Below, in pieces: positions 25,440-35,321 of a DNA stretch of 64,000 nt. Positions within the stretch are counted from its first letter, which is position 1. Each line of letters begins with the position of its first letter. The notes below the pieces were generated by a model. That model was not told the DNA's origin and did not search any database. It worked only from the letters and a program-made list of their open reading frames with translations. A program made the translations under genes and the position numbers. The stretch is from Eledone cirrhosa (Eukaryota): positions 146,382,001 to 146,446,000 of the forward strand of contig OZ024741.1 of NCBI GenBank assembly GCA_964016885.1. The letters run 5' to 3'.

Positions 25440-28400
25440 TATATTATTTTTGCTTATGATTTTTTGTCCATAATTTTCTGTTTATATTTTCACTTGTTTA
25501 TGATAATTTTGTATTAATTTTTCCGTCCCCTTTCCTCCCCTGTACCTGTTTATCCTTTTTGCACTCACCCCTCTTGTTCCACCTTCCGCCCCCACACCAC
25601 GCACTTCGCCTCTCTTCCACCCACCCCCTCCCTGCTTTACACTCCACACCCACCATGCCCAGCCTGAAATCCTTTCTCCACCAACTCGACACCTGCCTTA
25701 AAATCTCCTCACCACCCCTCCCAACCTGCTATCTCCCTTCGGCCCTCCAACTCTCCTACCTTCTCTTCGCCAAAACCCAGCATTCCAGCCACATCCATTT
25801 CCTCAGGCGCTGCCTCCACCTCCACCTCATACCCCTTGGCTTCCGACTGCACTTCCTCACCCCCCCCTCCACTTCGCCCTCCACCCAATGTATCCTCACC
25901 CGCTCCTCGTGCCTCCTATTGTGCAATTCACTCCGCTCCTCCCTTTCCACCATCCACAACCTTGACCACAACCCCCCCACCCACCTCAACTCCGCGTGCC
26001 ACCCCCTCCCCACACACTCCATCTTCCTCTTCATCCAAAACCTCAACCACGACCTTTTCTTCCTCACCTCCACCAAAGCCCTTAAGCTACACTCACTCCT
26101 CCCCACCACCACCTTCCCCCCGATTGGATGCCGAGCGATTCGTGCGATGCACCAAGCTACATTTTCACCAGACCCCACCGGCTCCGAATGCCCCAGACCC
26201 CTTTCTCGCCCTGGGCCGATGACAGTCGTCCTGGGCAATCTAGTACCTTGGACACGTCCGTTGACACCTGCCATAGCGCAGTAAATCGCTTCGACTTCCG
26301 CCACCGGTCCCAACAGAATAACAGCACACGAGTCGAACTCCTCACTCTCCGCTCCCTCCGTAGCCGAGACGACATCATCATCAAACTGGAGGACAAGGAA
26401 GGTGCCGTGGTGGTGTGGCGCGCTGACCTCTACATGGCTGAAGCCCTCAGGCAGCTCCGTATCCTCCTCTTCTACCGCCCTCTACCTTCTGACCCCACAC
26501 CCCTCTACCAACAACAAATTTCCTCCACCACCCAACACCTCATCTCCTCCTCCCTCCCACCGCTTCTCACCTCATCGTCCGCACCCCCCGCACCCCCTCT
26601 ATCTACTTCCTCCCCAAGATCCACAAACCCAACCCAAGCCGCCCCATCGTCTCCGCTTGCCACTGCCCCACAGAACTCATCTCCACCTTTCTTGACACCA
26701 TTCTCGCCCCCCCTCGTCACTGCCCTCCCCTCGTCACTGCCCTCCCCTCCCACATCTCTTCACCTGTTCGACTCCCTCACTTTCCCACCCGGTCCACACC
26801 CCCTCCTCTTCACCCTAGATATTAAGTCCCTCGGCATGGGGGATGACTATCCCCCATGCCAAGGGACTTAATATCTAGGATGACTATCACCCATGCCGAC
26901 GGCCTACGTGCCCTCCGGCACTACCTCGACCTTCGCCCCTCCCCCATCCCCTCCACCCCGACCATCCTTCGTCTTGCCGAGCTGGTCCTCACCCTCAACT
27001 GCTTCTCCTTCTCGGATGAGTTTTACCAACAGGTCACTGGGGTAGCCATAGGCACAAGAATGGGCACAAAGTATGCCAACCTTTTCGTTGGCCATGTTGA
27101 GGCCCAAATCTTTGCCCAGTACACCGGCTCCACGCCCGAACTGTACGGTCGTTACATCGACGACTGTATCGGAGCCACGACCTTCACCCGAGAACAGCTC
27201 GACTCCTTTCTCTCCTTCTTCTGCTCCTTCCACCCTTCCCTCCACTTCACCACCTGATCTCAACCACGCATGTCCACTTCTTGGACATCTCCGTCGCCAT
27301 CGACCCCTCCCACCACTCCCTCGTCACCTCCGCCTTCTTCAAACCCACCGACTCCCACTCCTACCTCGACTTCACCTCTTCCCACCCTACACACAGCAAA
27401 CACTCCATTCCTTACTCCCAACTCCTCCGGATCCGCCACCTCTGCAGCCGAGATGCTGACTTCGAGTCCCAGGCCCTTTCTCTAGTCAGCCATTTCATCT
27501 GGAGAGGTTAAACCCATCCACACCGTCCTCACTCGCCCCCGTGCAGCCCACCGCTCCAACGCCCTCATCCAACGCCCCCGCAACACCACCCACCGTCTCC
27601 CTTTCACCCTCACCTACCACCCCACACCCTACCCCTCCACCGCACCATCCTCCACCTCTTCCGACGCCTCCAGTCTGACTCCTCCACCTCCCCCATCTTC
27701 CCATCCCCACCCTCCCCTCATTCAAACGTGCGCGTAATCTCCGCTCCCTCCTCGTCCGAAGCCCCCTAACCCCAAACCCACGTTCTCCCCCCCCCCCTAG
27801 TTCCCTTCTCTGCTCTAGACCTCGCTGCCACACCTGCCCCCACATCACCAACACCACCACCCGACAGTGTCCCAACGGCCACTCTCTCTCTGTCCAGCAT
27901 GCCTTCCGCTGCACCTCCTCCAACCTCGTCTATGGACTTCGCTGCACGGTGTGCAGTGCAACCTACGTCGGACAGGCTGGACGTTGCCTGGCGGATCGGT
28001 TCACGGAGCACCTCCGCGATATTCTTCTCGGCAGGAGTTACCCCATCGCCCGCCACTTTGGTTCCCCTGGACATTCGGCCCACCACTTCACAGTTTGTGG
28101 CCTGATCCAATGCTATGGGACACCCGCCACCCGCCTCATGGTCGAGCAACACACCATCTTCACCCTACAGACCCACACAACCCTCGGCCTGAACTCCCCT
28201 CCCCTAGCATTCGACCGCCCACCTCTCTTCCCCCCATCCCCCACTAACACACTCCCAGCCTTTTCTCTCCCTCTCTCTCTTCCCGCTCCACCAACACCCC
28301 CGCACACATAGATCCCACTAACACCTCCACTAATATACACACCATCCCACCACACCACCACCTTCTTCCTCCACCTTTCACACCTACCCATCCCCTCCTC

Positions 28401-29328
28401 TATCCACCGTACCTCCGAACACACATACACACAGTCCACACCACATACAGACCCTCTCTATACCTGTCATCCTCCTCTACTGCCTACTGCTATCTCTTCA
28501 CCCTGCCTTGACCCTCTGACCACTTCCTGTTGCGGGCGCACCCCACATCTCTCCACTTTCTCACTACCATACCAGGATTTTACATCACCGGTCATCGCTC
28601 CAGCTATCCATCCTACCACACGTGGAATCTCCAACATCTTGTCTCACATTCCGTGGAAATACCCTAGGAACATAAACACCAACAAACACATTATTTTCGA
28701 ACCACGCCACCTACATCCACACCACATATAAATAGACACACACGTGCATATCCTCATGTACACACACTCAGCGGCTGGGCTCCACACGCCCCCTCTCCTC
28801 CACCCACTCTGACCCCTCTCCATCCACACACACACACACACCGAATTACACCCCACCCTATGTACACACCGGTTTCCCTTTTACCTGAACATGGAACCTC
28901 ATTCTTCCCCCAACTCTCACATTAACATACACACACATACACACACACGTCCACCTACACTCCTCCCGGCTCAGACCCCCCCCCCCCGTATCCCTCTCCC
29001 CTATCCACCGCCCTCCACCCACCACCAGCCCTACACGCCTCACACTCTTTCACCACTTGGTTCTTTTTACTTTTAAAAAAAATGTTTACTCTCTAAACAA
29101 AATTTTTTTACTCCCTTTTCTCCCCCCCCACCTTTTAAAATCATTTTTTTAATGTCTTTCCACCACTCCCCTACTCACCCTCAGAACTCTCTTTCCACCC
29201 ACTTTTCTCCTGCTGAAAGACTTATGCCCGAAACGTCCCCCCCCCCCAATCTCAAGCGTGAAACTAATAATAACATTTGTACTGCCTATTCACTTCCACG
29301 TTTTTTTGTTTTCTGTTTACTTTTTAAA

Positions 29329-29330
<2 letters not shown>
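25440..29330 (+). mobile_element. Near full-length Neptune-type Penelope-like element (RT + GIY-YIG), frameshifted
   Basis: ATG in CCACCATG at 25655; HIHFLRRC..IPLGF; DKEGAVVVW; LDIKSL; GVAIGTRMG; YGRYIDD; KPTDSHSYL; linker CSRPRCHTC; NLVY..C..C..TYVGQ...RFTEH...ARHF...GLN. The sense strand is extremely C-rich. Degenerate hammerhead near 29210. Confidence 0.92.
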
Positions 29331-29386
<56 letters not shown>

Positions 29387-29496
29387 GTATACATATATAA
29401 ATGCATATATATACAGATATATATATGTATGTACACATATATATATCTATACATATATATCTATATCTATACATAAATATATATATATATATATAT

Positions 29497-30077
29497 GGAG
29501 TCAAATTGAATTCCTAATAGAAGCGATCCGATCCTATCTGTCCATTTGGATTATGATACCTTTTCTATACGTCTTATGTACCAGTTGTAAAAGACAAACT
29601 ACTCTGTTTTGTAAACCAGCTTCATAATTATAATTATCTTGTATTGGTCATTGCAATGCATTGCTAAAAATAGCGCCTGCGTGTCCACCAGTTGCACGTC
29701 CAAAACTACGTCCCTTCAGCCAGTGTGAGTGTGTGTGTGTGGGGGGGGGGCGGTTTTGTGAGGTCAAGTGAGGTATCCGCTGTTTTGCAATGTATAGCTA
29801 AAAATAGCGCCCGCATAATTGCAACCTACCCTGCTGTCAGTGTGGAGAGGGGGGGGGGGGGCGTTTTTGTGAAGTCAAATCAGACATCTGCTCTGTCTAG
29901 TGCACTAGACATGGCGTGGAAGTCGGCTATCAAGAAATCACATGCTTCATTTTTGGCTTATATTTTTTTAAATGATAAAAACGACATGGATGTAAATCGA
30001 TCTAGGTCGAAATTGCGCCCACCTAAATATGGCGCCCGTGGCATATGCCCTGCTTGCCACACTCTACCTACGCCACT
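29497..30077. mobile_element. Non-autonomous DNA-transposon fragment with internal ~135-bp tandem repeat
   Basis: Ends in CTACGCCACT, the reverse complement of a common AGTGGCGTAG TIR, next to (TA)n. TTGCAATG..GCTAAAAATAGCGCC...poly-G occurs twice. Confidence 0.5.
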
Positions 30078-30160
30078 ATATATATATATATCTATACATA
30101 AAAGAAACATATATATATATATATCTATACATAAATACATAGATATATATATATACATAT

Positions 30161-30445
30161 GTTTAAGAGGGATAAGTTGTAGTGTGCGGGAGAGAAGACT
30201 GCGATGGTATGGACATGTGATGTGCATGGAGGATGACCGCTGGATAAAGAAGTGCCAGTGGAAAGAAGACGTAGTAGAAGAATACCACGAAAAACATTGG
30301 CGGAGGTGGTGAGAGCAGACCTCAGATCGCTGAAGCTCACAGTGGAGATGACGAAGGACTGTGACAAGTGGAGAGATGCTGTGCTGAATAGGACCCGTCC
30401 CACCCTTGCAAGCAGGGAAAAGCGGACGTAAAATTATGATGATGA
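30161..30445 (+). mobile_element. 3' end of a second RTE family
   Basis: RERRLRWYGHVMCM; tail CCCTTGCAAGCAGGGAAAAGCGGACGTAAAA(TGA)n. Longer minus copy at 38255-38880. Confidence 0.85.
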
Positions 30446-30540
30446 TATATTCATTTATATCTATACATATATATATATGATCATAGTATAATAAACATTT
30501 CAAGGATTTACACCAGTCCAGCCTCCTGTTATTTTATTTC

Positions 30541-30680
<140 letters not shown>

Positions 30681-30739
30681 CAAGGCTCTGATACCATCAA
30701 CACTATACACACAGACCAGGCATATCTAAGAACTGACTA

Positions 30740-30795
30740 ACTGCTTGATGAGGTCATAGCCATTCAATGGCTATCATCGAAATATATATAGCAGT
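30740..30795 (+). ncRNA. Minimal type I hammerhead ribozyme (C3U core variant) in a PLE pseudo-LTR fragment
   Basis: Stem I ACUGC/GCAGU; core UUGAUGA; stem II AUAGCCAU/AUGGCUAU; GAAA; short stem III with palindromic AUAU loop; AUA cleavage triplet ending at 30790; AATAAA at 30797-30802. Confidence 0.7.
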
Positions 30796-30888
30796 AAATA
30801 AAGGATTATGAGTTGATGCAATTGACTTATGTTTCGTCACACTATATATATATATATATATATATTAATATATATATATATATATATA

Positions 30889-30920
<32 letters not shown>

Positions 30921-30989
30921 AATGAAATAAAATAACAGGAGGCTGGACTGGTGTAAATCCTTGAAATGTTTATTATACTATGATCATAT

Positions 30990-31110
30990 GAGCGTGTGGC
31001 TGAGTGGTTAGAGAATTGGATTCGCAATCGTAAGGTTGTGAGTTCGATTCCTGGACCAGGCGATGCGTTATGTCCTTGAGCAAGACACTTTATTTCACGT
31101 TGCTCCTTCT
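30990..31110 (+). mobile_element. tRNA-derived SINE head and central domain
   Basis: A box TGGCTGAGTGG, B box GTTCGATTCC, then GTCCTTGAGCAAGACACTTTATTTCAC. Confidence 0.85.
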
Positions 31111-31689
31111 ACCTGGAGTTGCGACCGATAGATAGTATTAGCAATTGGAAAGACCAACGGAAACATTGTTCCCTCGGTCCGATTTGACGAAAGTCGATCG
31201 TCTTTTCTTCTTCATATATATATATATAAAATTAAAAATTTTTTTTTAGATATTTTCCCTAGCTCTGGCAGGTGAACAGTGAACTGTACTACCCAGAAAC
31301 ATTAGTGTCTGCAGTTCTCTTTACATGCCAACACAAGAGCAACTCGGATTACATTTATTGTATTCAGCCATGTAGAGCGAAATTTTTTAATGTTTTATTT
31401 GAATATGTCAAAGCCGGTCATTGATCGCTCGTATACAGGAAACTGACTGGCCAGTCTAATGATATGCAAATCTGGCTGATCAGTGGATCTGTTAATATGG
31501 AAATCTGACTGATCAGCCAGTCTGCTAATATGCAAATCAGGCCGATCACTCACTGTATATTTGAGAAAATATCATATAATTTCACTAGCTCTGACAGTTG
31601 GCAGGTGAACATTAAACTGTAATGAAGAAGTGTAATACCCAGAAACATTAGTGTCTACAGTTCTCTTTACATGCCAATACAAGAGCAAG

Positions 31690-33930
31690 AATATAGAGAA
31701 ACAGTGGCAATTCTTGAAAGTGAACCTGCTGAAAGCAACGGATGAAATCTGTGGCTGGAGCAGACCTATTGGCAGGAGGAGAATAAATTGGTGGTGGAAC
31801 AATAAGGTGGAGTAGATAATCAAGGTCAAAAAGCAGGCTTGAGCAGTATGGCAGGATGGGGGAAGTAGAGAGCACTATCAAGTGTCCAGGAGAGAAGCTA
31901 GGAGACAAGTGTACCTTTCAAAAAGGGAAACAGAGGATAGAAAGTTCAACATGTTCTACAACGTGAGGACCAAAAACGTGAGGTGTTCAGGATTGCTAGA
32001 CAATGTGTCAAGGAAAACCGTGATATTGTCGGGGAGAAGTGTGTCCGTAATGATAACGGTGTACTTGCCCTCACTGATGCTGATAAGAAGATAGCCTGGA
32101 AGTGTCACTACGAGAGACTATTAAATGAAGAGAATAAGTGGGAAAAGATAGTCTGCCCCAAATCGATCCAATAGAAGGACCAGCGGTGCAAGTTAAAGGT
32201 AGTATAATAAGTAAGGCAATCAAAGATATGAAGAGAGGCAAGGCAGCTGAGCCTTCGGAGATAGTTGCTGAGATGTTGAAGGCATCTGGAATGGTGGGAC
32301 ATACTATGGTCACCCGTATAGTTAACCAAGTAATACAGAATGTGGTCATACCAAAAGACTGGCGTAGCAACATCATCATTAACTGCTACAAGGGTAAAGG
32401 AGATGCTCTAGATAGAGGAAACTATAGCGGCGTTAAGTTAGTTGACCAGGTTATGAAGGTCACAGAAAGAGTTATAGCGCAACTAATAGGATAGCGAATT
32501 GATCTAGATGAAATGCAGTTTGGGTTTGTGTCAGGTAAAAGTACAACAGACGGTATTTTCCTTGTACAACAACTACAGGAGAAGTACCTAGCTAAAAGTA
32601 AACGCCTCTACTTAGCTTTTGTAGACCTGGAGAAAGCCTTTGACAGAGTCTCCCACTCCATTATCTGGTGGGCTCTGAGAAAACTAGGTGTAGATGAATG
32701 GCTTGTAAGAGCTATACAAGCGATGTATAAAGAAACGGTCAGTAAGGTTAGAATTAACAATGAATATTGTGAAGAATTTAGTGTAAAAGTTGGTGTTTAT
32801 CAAGGCTCTGTCCTTCCATTCTATGCCACAAATGCAAACTATGGGTACATAAAAGATGTAGGTAAACTATCTAAGAACAATAAGTAGCAAGTGCCCACAG
32901 GATACTAGCTCCTTCTATTTCCCAGATGGTTCTATAGAAATAGTGGACACTTTCCATTACCTGGGTGATGAAATCAGCAGTAGTGGAGGGTGTTCTGAAA
33001 GTACAGTAGCCAGAGTCAGAATGGGATGGTAAAAGTTCAGAGAGCTAATACTGCTGTTGGCCACAAAAGGTTTCTCTTTAAAAATGAAAGGCAGATTGTA
33101 TGATGCCTGTATACGAACAGCAATGCTACATGGCAGTGAGACATGAGCATTGCGTGCAGAGGACCTGCGCAGATTGGAAAGGAATGAAGCATGCATGCTC
33201 CGTTGGATGTGTAATATACATGAATGGCAACGAATAAATGAACTAAGTGAGAAATTAGGAATAAGAGGGATCAGATGCTGTTTACTCGAGAGAAGACTAC
33301 GTTGGTATGGCCACATGATGCGCATGAAAGACGACAGTTGTATAAAAAAGTGCAGGGCGATCAAAATTGATGGTAGTTACGGAGTAGGTAGACCCAGAAA
33401 AACATGGGACGATCTGATAAATTCCGACCTTACACACTTGCACCTCTCTAAGACAATGTCACTGGACCGAGATCTTTGGCGCTACGCAGTAATACAGAAG
33501 ACCCACCTTGCCTATGTGCAAAGCGAAACCTAAAGTCAGTAGGCACCTCTTAACCAAATATACACCCCAATCCACTACCCCTACCCTATCCTCCCACTCC
33601 TACCAACACCACTCTCTCTCTGTAAAGTTAGTACCACAACATCCAGTCTAAATAAATGAGATAAATGAGATCGAGATCGTGTAGGTGTCATGACAAAAAA
33701 ACACACAGTCCACGCTGTAATGTGGCCGTGTAGGTAACACGGTAAAAAGTTCCCGGTTCCACACTGTAAATTTAGTTGGTATTAGGAAGGGCATCCAGCC
33801 ATAGCAAACCTGCCAGATATTCCTATATGAGCGAGACATGGTCACCCGACCAACCTTGCCTCAAGTGGGACAACTCCTGTCTAACCCATGCTAGCGTGGA
33901 AGATGGACGTTAAACGAAGATGATGATGAT
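31690..33930 (+). pseudogene. RTE LINE (PHD-bearing family), 5'-truncated and internally deleted, with 3' UTR
   Basis: WWWN, YKGKGDALDRGNY, QFGF, FVDLEKAFDRV, QGSVL, then a deletion joining to a PHD remnant, followed by YLG and LRWYGH. After the ORF come a C-rich linker, VNTR, GGAAGGGCATCCAGCC and a (GAT)n tail. Confidence 0.9.
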
Positions 33931-34024
33931 ATATATATATATATATACATACATATATATGTATATATACATACCTATATATGTATATATATATATCTCA
34001 GGAAGAATTTTACCCGTCCTAGAT

Positions 34025-34080
<56 letters not shown>

Positions 34081-34083
<3 letters not shown>

Positions 34084-34543
34084 GGCTGCAAACTCTGCTA
34101 AGAGTATTGCAATCGCTTGTCAGATTAGAGAAAATGGTGCACCTTTAGGCTACGGCCAGCCACACGAACCTGAAGCAGATATTGAACAAGCAATGCCTGT
34201 GCTTTTTAAGTGGGAAAAGGCCTTGCACCGAAATCATTACCCGAAAAGGAGAGCTGGTCAACATCATCGGATGCTTCTGAAGCCGCAGGTTCTTTTTCAG
34301 AGTTTCTCTTTCCCCTTTTTATTTTCCCAGATGAAAATTTAAAAAAAGTGGTATTTGGATAGCCGTTGACTCTGCTGATTTCCTGCGCCCTTTGTTGGGT
34401 ATTGTATTTCATCCTGCAGGGTGTCCAAGTATCACCCTCCTCACGAAGCAAGCTTGGTGGGATTGCCGGTTTAGTCTACGACGACCATGAGACTGGTTGT
34501 ACTGGGTTACATGTTACCAGTAGCACTCGACAGCGACCTGACA
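34081..34543 (-). mobile_element. Internally deleted RTE derivative in (TA)n
   Basis: Collinear conserved blocks with 15063-15673; termini TGTCAGGTC...GCAGCCAT. Confidence 0.7.
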
Positions 34544-34572
34544 TTATATATATATATATTTAATATAGAAAA

Positions 34573-34623
34573 GGCTTCTACAGGACTAGAACTGTTTCAT
34601 TCGGGAGAGATCATCGGGAAGCC
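34573..34623 (-). ncRNA. Type I hammerhead ribozyme (U4C core variant) in a PLE pseudo-LTR fragment (34560-34860)
   Basis: Minus strand reads GGCUUC-CCGAUGA-UCUCUCCCGAAU-GAAA-CAG-UUCUAGUC-CUG-UA-GAAGCC: perfect 6-bp stem I, stem III and a GUA site, but a weak stem II. TATAAATA lies about 20 nt upstream and ATTAAA downstream. Confidence 0.7.
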
Positions 34624-35117
34624 GTCTGGTCTAGTAATATGGTGGTATTTATATCTTTTCTGGTGGTAAGAGAGGGTGGTGATTGGGATGGGTGGAGGTC
34701 ATTGGTTGATGAGTTTAAAGAAAAGGGAATTCTTTAAAAACTATATTTAGAGTAACAAAGGCAGTAAGAATTCTATAGATAAGTTCAAACTGGGGGTGCC
34801 ACTCCTAATTTTTAAGGTTCACATAAGCTAACAATGGCTATAGTCAGGTGTCTACAAACACACTCACACACGCACACCTATAAGCACTCACTCCCACACA
34901 CTCACACAAACACACACTCTTATACTTATATATATATAGTTATATATTTATAAGAAAGTGCGGCAGAGCGCAAGCCGTCGGGGTCTTGGACAATTTCCTA
35001 TATATATATATGTGTGTGTGTGTGTGTATTTGTATATATATTTATATATGTATATATATATATTTATATATATATATATATGTGTATATATGTACACACA
35101 TATATATATATATATAT

Positions 35118-35234
35118 AGGAACCAGTAAGACCCCGACAGCTGAGCTCAAGCCGTTTCGACGGCTAATTCTGGACTCAGTATTGAGTACTTTGGTGCGTT
35201 ATGGTCCACCTGGTTCCTTACCACATTTCCTTCG

Positions 35235-35236
<2 letters not shown>
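35118..35236 (-). repeat. Short (TA)n-embedded module, family C (also 34952-34999 inverted and 45445-45581)
   Basis: Three homologous copies, each bounded by (TA)n. The minus strand carries GAAA-CGGC-loop-GCUG-UC-GGGGUC. Confidence 0.75.

Positions 35237-35318
<82 letters not shown>

Positions 35319-35321
<3 letters not shown>

Noticed and set aside
25756-28439. Long Gly/Arg/Trp-rich minus-strand ORFs
   Set aside because: Antisense shadows of the C-rich PLE, which is depleted of stop codons.
30990-31070. tRNA gene
   Set aside because: A and B boxes are present but run into a SINE body; no convincing cloverleaf or terminator.
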